Below, one piece after another: positions 1 through 8,687 of a stretch of DNA of 23,713 bases. The DNA comes from Planctomycetota bacterium (lineage in GTDB: Bacteria; Planctomycetota; SZUA-567; H5-PLA8). Location of the stretch: positions 1 to 23,713 of the forward strand of contig BTVV01000099.1 of NCBI GenBank assembly GCA_045863855.1, given 5' to 3'. The notes beneath the pieces are model-generated. The model did not search any database, was not told where the DNA came from, and saw only the letters and a list, made by a program, of their open reading frames with translations. Every line of letters starts with the position of its first letter. The stretch's first letter is position 1. Position numbers and translations under genes: made by a program.

Positions 1-303
1 CCGTAAGATCGGCTGCCGCCGCACGGGCCGTTGAAACCACGCGCAGGTCCGCTTCGTCACTTCGAATTCGCACGGACGCGAAAGTTTTTCACGCTCGCAT
101 CCGGCGCCTCCAAATAAACGAGTTTCGACTTCAATCGGCTCCAGTTGAGGAAGACGGCGGCGTGAGATTCGGTGTATAAGGGCACGTGCAACTTTTCATT
201 TTTCGCGAGTTCCATGGCGGTCCACGCAGGGCGAAGTTAGGGTTCCGCAACCGGGTCGTCAGCGCCACCTCCGGACAATCGTCCAAGGACTGCGCCGGAT
301 TGC

Positions 304-332
304 TTGACAGTCTCCTAACTCCAACATACGGT
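304..332 (+). promoter_or_regulatory. sigma70-like promoter for the 389..8635 operon
   Basis: TTGACA (304-309), 17-nt spacer, TACGGT (327-332), ending 56 nt upstream of the ATG at 389. Confidence 0.6.
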
Positions 333-388
333 GGAGCTTTACCGGTTTCACGGACTCGTCATACGGCCTTGAGGACAGGCGCGCATTC

Positions 389-3300
389 ATGTTCGCCGTG
401 GTCAACGGTTTAGCCGTGCTGCACAGGTGCCCCTCCAAGGCCTGGCTAGCCTTAGTCGTTGCGCTTTGCGCGTCGCGCGCGTGGTCGGGCGCCAGCGATA
501 TCGCCATCGATTCCACCGAGTACGAACGCCAGCGCATTCCGCTCGAACAAGTCAAAGAGCACGTGGCCAAATTGTCTTCGCTGGGCTCCCGAGTGCCCGG
601 AACCGAAGGGCATTTGCAGGCGCGGCGCTACGTCATCGAACAACTCCGCGGGATGGGTTACGCGGGGCCTGAAGAACCGAAGACCGACGATGCGCTCAAG
701 CCGCAGACGCTCGACGAAAGCGCGAAGACGGCCGAAGGGCAATCCTGGAGCGGCGAGGCGATTGCGCCGTTCCAGATCGGGCCGCGCAACGTTCGCATAC
801 ACGTGGTCGACTGGAACACCTCGCTGCAAGGCGGGACCGTGGTGCTGACGGGCGAAGGCCCCGACGGCGCGGCGCAGACGGAAGAGCTTACCTTCCAGCC
901 CACCTCGCGTGGCGAAGTGGAAGTCTCCGGAGACAAGCGCTTCACCAAGCTGAATTCGATCCTGGTCAAGAACCTCAAGGGCGACGTGACGCCGGGCGAA
1001 GACACGCTCAGCGCCGGATGGGGCGTACGCTATTTCATCGGCCTGCATCGCTTCTGGGGCACGATCCCGGCGCAGATCGGTCCGGGGCGGCTGCTCTTCA
1101 CCGAAACGCCGCCGGAAGAGACGCCGGAGCCGTTCCCGCTCTATGCCATCTGGCCCAACGGCACGGCCGTGACCACCACGGGGCCCGACGGCGTCACCGG
1201 CCCGCTGATCTACGCCCGGTCGGGCCGCTTGTCGGACTTCGACAACCTCCCGGTCAAGGACTCGATCGTTCTGCTCGACGTTGGCGACGATTCGAACTGG
1301 ACGCTGGCCGCCTCGCTGGGCGCTCGTGCGGTGATCTTCATCGAACCCGAACAGGCGCTGCGGCCGGTGCTGCAGAACCTCGCAGTGCAGACGCCGGTGG
1401 AGTTTCCGCGGTTGTGGATTCCCCGCGGCGACGGTCTGAAGTTGAAGGAAACCGCGCTGCGCCTGCTGGCCAACGGCGGAAAGCCGCCCGTAGTCAACGC
1501 CTATACGCACATGCAGTGGAAGCGCGAGCAGTGGGACAACATTTATCTTTTGATCCCCGGCGCGGGACCGGATGCGACGATCACCGACGAAGCGCAGCGC
1601 AAGGAGATCACGGGCGCCACGGTGGTGCTCGCGGCGTATTACGACAGCAACAGTCTGGTGCCGTCACTGGCGCCGGGCGCCGAACAGAGCATCTCATGCG
1701 CGGCGCTTCTGGCGTTGGCACGTCAGTACAAGCACCAGCCGCCTGCGCGCGACGTACTGCTGCTCTTCAGCGGGGCGCATTTCCAGGGCTTGAAGGGCGA
1801 ACGCGAGTTCTTCGCCGAAGTTGACCGCCTGCCGCTCAACATCGACGAGACTCAGACGTACGAAGGCGAACTGGCTAAAGTGCGCAGTACGCAGACGATC
1901 AACAAGCTGATCCTGGCCGACATTCTGCAAAAGGAAAACCTGGGCCTGGAACGCGAAGAACTGCGGCTGGCCACGCAGCAGGCCGTCGACGCTTACCTCC
2001 AGATGCCCTTCGCGCGCGCCGATCAGGCGTTCATCGAAGCGGCCATCAGCCGCCCGTCCTTGTTCTACCTGGTGCTGGGGATTCTGCTGCTGGCGGCGGG
2101 GATCGCCTGGTTCGTGATGAACTGGCCGGCGCGCGGATTCAGCCTCGCGGTATTGCTGACGGCCGGAACGAGTTTTGTCGTCTACGGCGCGGCGGTGCCA
2201 TGGCTGCAAGGGAAACTCAAGGCCGGCGCCGGCGCGGTGAACCCGCAGGAACGGATGGACGGATTCCTCGACCTCTGGAAGCAGGAAGTCAATACGCGCG
2301 AGACCGATAAGGAGCGCGAAAGCCGGCTGCTGCGCTACGAAGGCCAGAACGACACCGAACTTCAAAACAAGAAAACCGAAGAACGCCGGGCGTACGAATT
2401 CTCGGGCCAGTTGCTCTACTCGCTCTCCTCGTCGGGGTTCGGCATCAAGCCTGAAACGCCCACCGACCCGGCCGCGCGCCAGGCCGCGCTACGCGAGACG
2501 GCCGAACTGATGCGCCGGCGCGTGGAGACGGAACTGTCCTGGGTGGACGAAGAGTTCAAACGCCTGGCGCTTAACCGTCCATTCCAGGACCTCGTGTACG
2601 ACCGTCTCTCCCGCGACAGCGACGCCAAGGGCCGTAAGAGTATGTTCCTGTCGCTGGACCTTTCGGCCGGCAATCCAGGCATCGGCCTGTTCTACCTGGG
2701 TAATTTCTACGGCAAGTACGGCGACATCGAATCACGCTACAAGAACTTCGGGCGCTCGGTGATGAACATCGCCAAGGCCGTGGAACGGGCCGCCGGCGGC
2801 GCGAGCGAAGGCCAGTTGATGCCGGATACGCTGCTCGAATCGGGCAAGCGAAGCTGGCAGACGTACATGGGCACGAGCATGGCGCTGGCCAGCGAGATTG
2901 CCGTGCAGGCCCAGATGCGCGGACTCACGCTGGCGACGCCCTACGACCGCCGCATGGTCTGGGACACGCCGCAGGACCACCACGTCTCCGGCGAAGGATC
3001 GCTCAACTGGACCAATGTGGACAGCCAGTTGTCGCTGGCGGGAACCTTCTTGCGCCGATTCCTGGCCGAGCCGGCGGTGACGGGCGAGTGCCGTTTCGAC
3101 AAGGGCCTCAAGAATACCGGTTACTCGCAGCTTATCTTCCGGACGGTCCGCCGCGGCGGCTCGCGCAGCATCTTCCCCAACATCCCGGTGGGCGATACGG
3201 TCATTCACCGCACGTGGCGCGAGCACAGCGTCGGCGGAGTGCGACTGTGCCTGATGGAGGCGACCAACCCGCTGGGCCGCGCGTACATGCCGGGCCTGAT

Positions 3301-6300
3301 GCGCGGCGGCCGCTTCAACTTCGAAGCCGAGAAGAGCGATCCGGACACCGGCGAGATTCAATACTCGATCAACAAAGCCAAGCACAAGCTGAACGAAAAC
3401 CAGACCTTCAGCAGCCACATCGCGATGCAGGTGCGCCGCGACACGGTGGAGATCTTCCGCGCGCAGGGGGTTGGCGTGCTGGACGTGGTCGATCCGGGCC
3501 GCCTGACGGTCCTGCGCAACTGCACGCTGCTGGCCGGACAGACCGAGTCCGGACCGCTCGAGTTCGGCACCAGCAGCAGCTATTGGCACGAGCCGCACCG
3601 CGTGCTCTTCGCGGAGCCGGGTTCGCGCGTGAAGGTGCTCTTCCGCGAAGGCGAGTTCGGCCTGCGCGTGGCCGTCCTCGACGTGGACCAGACGATTCGC
3701 GACCGGCTCCTGGATCCGGAACAATCCGCCAAGGTGAGCTTGGACCAGGCGCGCGGCCCCGGCTTCCGGCTGGGTACGCGCAAGGTCCTGGACTGGCTGC
3801 CGATGCGGACGGCCTCCGACTTGTGGTGCCTGGGCGAGAAGCGGCTCCAGAACTTGCGCTCCCATTCGATCGGCAACGCGAAGCTCGACAATCCTCTGTT
3901 TCCCGGTCCCTACAGTGCCGGCACGATCACGGTGGCCAAGGACAGCGACGAAGCGATCGGGACGGGGGTCGAGAAGCAGTCGCCGGACGGACCGGGCTGG
4001 GACGAACGCGTGGTGGGCTTGCCGCTGCAGATCGGCGACGCTCCGGAAAGCTTCCGCGTCGAGAAATTCATCCCGCCGAACAAACTGGTGCTGGATCGCC
4101 CGTGCCGCTACGACTTGCCGCCCAACCGCCCCTTCCTGCTCACGAAGGAGCAGCCCGGGCTGCACAACATCACCAAGATGCGCCTGCAGGAAGCGCAGGA
4201 TGCGCGCCAGCGCAAGCAGTACGGCGAAGCGTGGCGGCTGAGCACTGAAGCGTGGGGCCTGGAGTCGCGCGCCTATCCGGAAGTGCTGGGCACGGCCAAC
4301 GACAGCGTGATGGGCGTCGTCTTCTATCTCTTCCTGCTGCTCCCGTTCTGCTTCTTCGTCGAACGGCTCCTCTTTGCGATGCCCAAGATCGAGCACCAGA
4401 TCGGCGCGTTCTTCGGGATCTTCGTGGGCATGTTCGTGCTGCTGTGGCTGGTGCATCCGGCCTTCGACCTGGTGGCCGCGCCGCCGGTGATCCTGCTGGC
4501 CTTCGTCATCATGAGCCTGGCCGGCATCGTGATCGCGATCTGCTACGGGAAGTTCAACACCGAGATGCGGATGATGCAGCAGGGCATGCAGGGCACGCAG
4601 TCGGCCGACGTCAACCGCGCCAGCGCGGCGATGGTGGCCGTCTCGCTCGGCATCAGCCAGATGCGCCGGCGCAAGGTCCGCACGCTGCTGACGTGCCTGA
4701 CGATCATCTTGCTGACGTTCACGGCGCTTTCGTTCACCAGCACGGTCCGCACGATCGGGCAGGCGCATATCGACCTTTCGCCCGGCGACGAGCAAGACGC
4801 GCGTTACAACGGCATTCTGCTTCGGCAGCTCAATTACGACCGCTTGAGCCTGGATGCGTTCGAGCAGATGCGCCGCGAACTGGCCAACGAAGGACTGACC
4901 TGCACGCCGCGCTTCTGGCGCGTGGCTGCCAAGAACGAAAAAATCCTGGTGGATATCTTCGCCAATTCGGCGGAAGGCGGCGAGGCCAACCGCAACGAAC
5001 GGATGGTTTCGCCGGCCTGCATGGTCGGATTCAGCCATTCCGAAGCCGAACTCTTTCCCGAACTGCGCAAGAAAGCCGGCGAAGGCGGGATGATCGTGGC
5101 GGGAAGCTGGCTGGAGGAAGGCGATACCGACGTCTGCCTGCTGCCCGAAAAGCTGATCGAGTACCTGCGCCCGAAGGGCATCGCCAAGGAAGACTGGAAC
5201 GCCGAGCGCGCCATCGGCGTCGAGCTGATGCTGGGCAGCCACCCGGTCAAGATCAAGGGCATCTTCCGGCCCGAAGAGTTCGACGCGCTGAAAGACCTGG
5301 ACGACGAGCCGCTGACGCCGGTGGACTTCTCGGCCAGCGAAGCTTCCCGCGGCGCCGAACAGCAGACCGACGCCACCGCGCAGGTGGAGAACCTCGAGAA
5401 CGCAAAGGCCACGAAGTACGAACACATCAACGGCCAGAATACGTTGATTCTGCCGTGGCGCACCGCCCAGCTTCTGGGCGCGGATCTGCGCAGCGTCGCG
5501 GCCAAAGTGCAGAGCAAAGAAGTGCTCGACTATATGGTCGAGCGCCTGCTCAAACGGATCGAGAAGAACCTATTCGTCGGCCGCGACGGCCGCCGGCGGC
5601 TCTACGCGTCGACGGGCAAGCTGAGCCTGAGCGGGCTGGGCAACCTGCTCGTCCCGTTGCTGATCTCGATCCTGATCCTGCTCAACACGATGATCGGCGC
5701 GGTCTACGAGCGGAACCGCGAGATCACCATCTTCAGCGCTTTGGGCCTCGCGCCCAGCCACATCGCGGCCCTATTCCTGGCTGAGGCATTGGTGTACGCG
5801 ACGCTGGGCGCGATCTTCGGTTATTTGCTGGGCCAAGGCGCGGCGAAATTCATCCAACTCTTCGGCGAACAGCTCGGCGTGGCCGGCCTGTACTTGAACT
5901 ACTCCAGCTCGTCGGCGGTCTTCGTGACCGCAATCGTGATGCTCTCGGTGATCGGGAGCACGATTTACCCCGCGATGATGGCCGCGCGCGCCGCCGCACC
6001 CAGCGAAGAGCGGCGCTGGTCGGTCCCCGTCCCGGTGGGCGACGAAATCAGCCTTGAACTGCCCTTCAGCTTCCAGCGCGACTTGGTCCCGGGCGCGGCG
6101 CTGTTTCTGCACGAATTCTTCGAGAGCCACGCCGAGTCGTCGCTGGGCAAGTTCACGGCGAAGGAAGTGACGCTGGAAACCTTCCATACCGAGAACGGCC
6201 AGGGCCTGTGCATTTTCTTCATGGCTTGGCTGACGCCGTACGATCTGGGCGTCTCGCAAGAGGTGCAGATTTACGTCGTCCCCACCGACGACGAAGGCCT

Positions 6301-6643
6301 GTACGTGACCGAGGCCACCTTCTACCGCGTGAGCGGCTACGTGGCTTCGTGGCGGCGCGTGAACCTGCCGTTCCTGAACGCGCTGCGCAAGCACCTGCTG
6401 ATCTGGCGCACGTATTCGCCCGAACAACGCATGGAATACAGCATGAAGGGGTTCTACCGCTTCAACGAAGCCTTCGAAGCGGTAGGCTGGCCGATTCCGC
6501 CGGGCGCGCGCCCGCCGCAGGGTCTCGAGCCTCCCGAACTGGATGAAGAAGGAGCGGTGATCGGGCCCGGTAGCCCGCACGATCCGCAAGGCGGCGCCGG
6601 TGCGGCGAGCCTGTCCGACGGCCCCGAGCCCGCGAAAGCTTGA
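389..6643 (+). CDS. Giant membrane protein: signal peptide + PA domain + degenerate M28 peptidase-like domain + MacB/FtsX-like permease domains (2084 aa)
   Basis: Signal-like KAWLALVVALCASRAWS. M28-type start LSSLGSRVPGTEG. PA-like GPLIYARSG...GARAVIFIE. M28-like core VVLAAYYDS...APGAEQ...LLALAR. TM cluster near aa 1310-1455 with MacB-like RRKVRTLLTCLTII. FtsX motif LLNTMIGAVYERNREITIFSALG...FLAEA. Start codon not certain. Confidence 0.85.
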   Translation: MFAVVNGLAVLHRCPSKAWLALVVALCASRAWSGASDIAIDSTEYERQRIPLEQVKEHVAKLSSLGSRVPGTEGHLQARRYVIEQLRGMGYAGPEEPKTDDALKPQTLDESAKTAEGQSWSGEAIAPFQIGPRNVRIHVVDWNTSLQGGTVVLTGEGPDGAAQTEELTFQPTSRGEVEVSGDKRFTKLNSILVKNLKGDVTPGEDTLSAGWGVRYFIGLHRFWGTIPAQIGPGRLLFTETPPEETPEPFPLYAIWPNGTAVTTTGPDGVTGPLIYARSGRLSDFDNLPVKDSIVLLDVGDDSNWTLAASLGARAVIFIEPEQALRPVLQNLAVQTPVEFPRLWIPRGDGLKLKETALRLLANGGKPPVVNAYTHMQWKREQWDNIYLLIPGAGPDATITDEAQRKEITGATVVLAAYYDSNSLVPSLAPGAEQSISCAALLALARQYKHQPPARDVLLLFSGAHFQGLKGEREFFAEVDRLPLNIDETQTYEGELAKVRSTQTINKLILADILQKENLGLEREELRLATQQAVDAYLQMPFARADQAFIEAAISRPSLFYLVLGILLLAAGIAWFVMNWPARGFSLAVLLTAGTSFVVYGAAVPWLQGKLKAGAGAVNPQERMDGFLDLWKQEVNTRETDKERESRLLRYEGQNDTELQNKKTEERRAYEFSGQLLYSLSSSGFGIKPETPTDPAARQAALRETAELMRRRVETELSWVDEEFKRLALNRPFQDLVYDRLSRDSDAKGRKSMFLSLDLSAGNPGIGLFYLGNFYGKYGDIESRYKNFGRSVMNIAKAVERAAGGASEGQLMPDTLLESGKRSWQTYMGTSMALASEIAVQAQMRGLTLATPYDRRMVWDTPQDHHVSGEGSLNWTNVDSQLSLAGTFLRRFLAEPAVTGECRFDKGLKNTGYSQLIFRTVRRGGSRSIFPNIPVGDTVIHRTWREHSVGGVRLCLMEATNPLGRAYMPGLMRGGRFNFEAEKSDPDTGEIQYSINKAKHKLNENQTFSSHIAMQVRRDTVEIFRAQGVGVLDVVDPGRLTVLRNCTLLAGQTESGPLEFGTSSSYWHEPHRVLFAEPGSRVKVLFREGEFGLRVAVLDVDQTIRDRLLDPEQSAKVSLDQARGPGFRLGTRKVLDWLPMRTASDLWCLGEKRLQNLRSHSIGNAKLDNPLFPGPYSAGTITVAKDSDEAIGTGVEKQSPDGPGWDERVVGLPLQIGDAPESFRVEKFIPPNKLVLDRPCRYDLPPNRPFLLTKEQPGLHNITKMRLQEAQDARQRKQYGEAWRLSTEAWGLESRAYPEVLGTANDSVMGVVFYLFLLLPFCFFVERLLFAMPKIEHQIGAFFGIFVGMFVLLWLVHPAFDLVAAPPVILLAFVIMSLAGIVIAICYGKFNTEMRMMQQGMQGTQSADVNRASAAMVAVSLGISQMRRRKVRTLLTCLTIILLTFTALSFTSTVRTIGQAHIDLSPGDEQDARYNGILLRQLNYDRLSLDAFEQMRRELANEGLTCTPRFWRVAAKNEKILVDIFANSAEGGEANRNERMVSPACMVGFSHSEAELFPELRKKAGEGGMIVAGSWLEEGDTDVCLLPEKLIEYLRPKGIAKEDWNAERAIGVELMLGSHPVKIKGIFRPEEFDALKDLDDEPLTPVDFSASEASRGAEQQTDATAQVENLENAKATKYEHINGQNTLILPWRTAQLLGADLRSVAAKVQSKEVLDYMVERLLKRIEKNLFVGRDGRRRLYASTGKLSLSGLGNLLVPLLISILILLNTMIGAVYERNREITIFSALGLAPSHIAALFLAEALVYATLGAIFGYLLGQGAAKFIQLFGEQLGVAGLYLNYSSSSAVFVTAIVMLSVIGSTIYPAMMAARAAAPSEERRWSVPVPVGDEISLELPFSFQRDLVPGAALFLHEFFESHAESSLGKFTAKEVTLETFHTENGQGLCIFFMAWLTPYDLGVSQEVQIYVVPTDDEGLYVTEATFYRVSGYVASWRRVNLPFLNALRKHLLIWRTYSPEQRMEYSMKGFYRFNEAFEAVGWPIPPGARPPQGLEPPELDEEGAVIGPGSPHDPQGGAGAASLSDGPEPAKA

Positions 6644-6652
6644 TCGGCACAC

Positions 6653-8635
6653 ATGGGTCACGAAAGCGACAAGGAACTAGAAGAGTACCGCAGCATCATG
6701 GAAACCCCCTCGACGTTCGAGGAAGGGTTTTCCTGGCGCACCGTCGTAGGCGCGGTATTCCTCGGCTTCGTCATGATGCCGGCCTCGATGTACATGGGGC
6801 TGGTGGTCGGCGAAGCGTCCATCGGCGATGCCGCGCGCTGGGTGACGGTGATCCTGTTCCTCGAAATCGCCAAGCGCAGCCGCCAGGCGCTGCGGCAGCA
6901 GGAATTGTTCGTCCTTTACTACATGGCCGGCATGGCCCTCGCTTCACCGTTCCAGGGCCTGCTTTTCCGGCAATACCTCGTTCGATCGCCCGCCGCGGAA
7001 GACTTGCAACTCGTGGGGGTTTTCGCCGATCCCGACATGTGGTGGGTCAGTCCGACCAAGGAATACATCGAACAGCACGGACGCTCCTTCCTGTCGTGGG
7101 GCTGGTTCGGCCCGATCGCGCTGATCGTGCTGGGCCAGTTGCTCGGCCGCATCGACCACTTCGGGCTGGGCTATTTCCTATACCGGCTCACCAGCGACGT
7201 CGAGAAACTCCCCTTCCCGCTCGCGCCCGTCGGCGCGGCCGGCAGCATCGCCTTGGCCGAAAGCACACAGGACAAGCAGACTTGGCGCTGGCGCACGTTC
7301 TCCATCGGCACCATGCTGGGCCTGATGTACGGCACCATCTATACGGCTGTCCCCGCGGTGACCGGCGCGATATTCGGCAAGGCCGTGCAGATCATACCCA
7401 TCCCCTGGATCGAACTGACCGATAAGACCAGCGACGTGCTGCCCGCCGTGGCGGTCGGTCTGACCGTCCATCTCGGCTTATTGATCGTCGGCTTCGTCAT
7501 ACCCTTCTGGTCGGTCGTGGGCGGCATGGTGGCCGTCATCTCCACCTTCATCCTGAACCCCGCGCTGTACAAGCTCGGCATCCTCAAGACTTGGAACGCC
7601 AGCATGCGCACGCCCGAAACGGGTGTGGCGAACCAGGTCGATTTCTACATGAGCTGGAATATCGGCGTCATGCTCTCCATCGCGATTATCGGCTTTATTG
7701 CCATCGCGAGAGGGCTGACCAAGAGCCGCGAAAGCGGCGGCCTGGACCTCTCGAAGCTGTGGGTCAAGAACGAGAAGCGCGGCGACATCTCGATCTGGAC
7801 CAGTCTGTTGATCTACGTATTCTCGACGGCCAGCTACATCTTCATCTGCTTGTGGCTGGTGCCCGGATTCCCGGTTCTGTTCTTCGTCTTCTACGGCTTC
7901 GTGTACACCCCTGTCGTCAGTTACGCGACGGCGCGCCTGGAAGGCATGGCGGGCCAGGCGCTGAATATCCCGTTCATCCGCGAGGCCGGATTCATCCTGG
8001 CCAGCCGCTGGGGCGACTACAAAGGCATCGGGATCTGGTTCGCACCGATCCCCATCCATAACTACGGCTATCAGACGGTCGGCTTCCGGCAGGTCGAACT
8101 GACCGGGACCAGTTTGCGCAGTATCATCAAGACCGAGTTCATGGTCGTGCCGATCATCTTGGCGGCTTCGATTTTGTTCAGCGAATTCATCTGGAGCCTC
8201 GCGGCGATTCCCAGCGAAGCGTATCCGTACGCCAATCTGATGTGGGACATGGGCGCGCGCACACAGTTGCTGCTCTACAGTTCCACGACGGGCCAGGAGT
8301 CCCCGTTCTTCGACGCGCTGAAGCCGCTGGTGATCCTCGCGGCTTTCGTCTTCGGACTGGGGCTGTTCGGGTTCCTCTCGGCCATGTCGCTCCCGCTGCT
8401 GTTTATTTACGGCGTCGTGCGCGGCTTTGGGCACGCCAATCCGCACGGACTGATCTTCGAATTCATCGGCGCGCTGATCGGCCGCTTCTACTTCGAGAAG
8501 CGCTTCGGACGCGAGAAATGGCGCCAATACGCGCCGGTGCTCTGCGCGGGGTACTTCTGCGGCGAGGGACTCATCAGCGCCGCGAGTATCGCCATCAGCA
8601 TGATCAGCAAATCCGTCTCGCAGATGCTTTACTGA
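6653..8635 (+). CDS. OPT-superfamily-like polytopic 'peptide transporter' (660 aa)
   Basis: Many hydrophobic helices. N-terminal FSWRTVVGA..MPASMYMGL, internal EKLPFPLAPV and C-terminal AGYFCGEGL resemble OPT/YSL-like motifs. Starts 9 nt after the upstream stop. Confidence 0.7.
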   Translation: MGHESDKELEEYRSIMETPSTFEEGFSWRTVVGAVFLGFVMMPASMYMGLVVGEASIGDAARWVTVILFLEIAKRSRQALRQQELFVLYYMAGMALASPFQGLLFRQYLVRSPAAEDLQLVGVFADPDMWWVSPTKEYIEQHGRSFLSWGWFGPIALIVLGQLLGRIDHFGLGYFLYRLTSDVEKLPFPLAPVGAAGSIALAESTQDKQTWRWRTFSIGTMLGLMYGTIYTAVPAVTGAIFGKAVQIIPIPWIELTDKTSDVLPAVAVGLTVHLGLLIVGFVIPFWSVVGGMVAVISTFILNPALYKLGILKTWNASMRTPETGVANQVDFYMSWNIGVMLSIAIIGFIAIARGLTKSRESGGLDLSKLWVKNEKRGDISIWTSLLIYVFSTASYIFICLWLVPGFPVLFFVFYGFVYTPVVSYATARLEGMAGQALNIPFIREAGFILASRWGDYKGIGIWFAPIPIHNYGYQTVGFRQVELTGTSLRSIIKTEFMVVPIILAASILFSEFIWSLAAIPSEAYPYANLMWDMGARTQLLLYSSTTGQESPFFDALKPLVILAAFVFGLGLFGFLSAMSLPLLFIYGVVRGFGHANPHGLIFEFIGALIGRFYFEKRFGREKWRQYAPVLCAGYFCGEGLISAASIAISMISKSVSQMLY

Positions 8636-8640
8636 GCCGC

Positions 8641-8669
8641 TTGGCACGGCGCTCGGCCTCGGCTAAGCT
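8641..8669 (+). promoter_or_regulatory. sigma70-like promoter for cysH
   Basis: TTGGCA (8641-8646), 17 nt, TAAGCT (8664-8669). GGGAG RBS at 8677-8681 before ATG 8688. Confidence 0.5.
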
Positions 8670-8687
8670 TCCTGTCGGGAGCCGAGC

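Noticed and set aside
1..388. Possible gene start or ncRNA/riboswitch upstream of the giant gene
   Set aside because: The minus-strand GGAGG...ATG at 100 stops after three codons. No recognisable RNA motif. The CTCCA/TGGAG repeat at 319-336 has only 5-bp arms.
2732..5425. 897-aa antisense ORF and other long overlapping ORFs (e.g. 15816-17666, 15833-17731, 20123-21514)
   Set aside because: Expected stop-codon-poor shadow frames in high-GC coding DNA, with no recognisable motifs.
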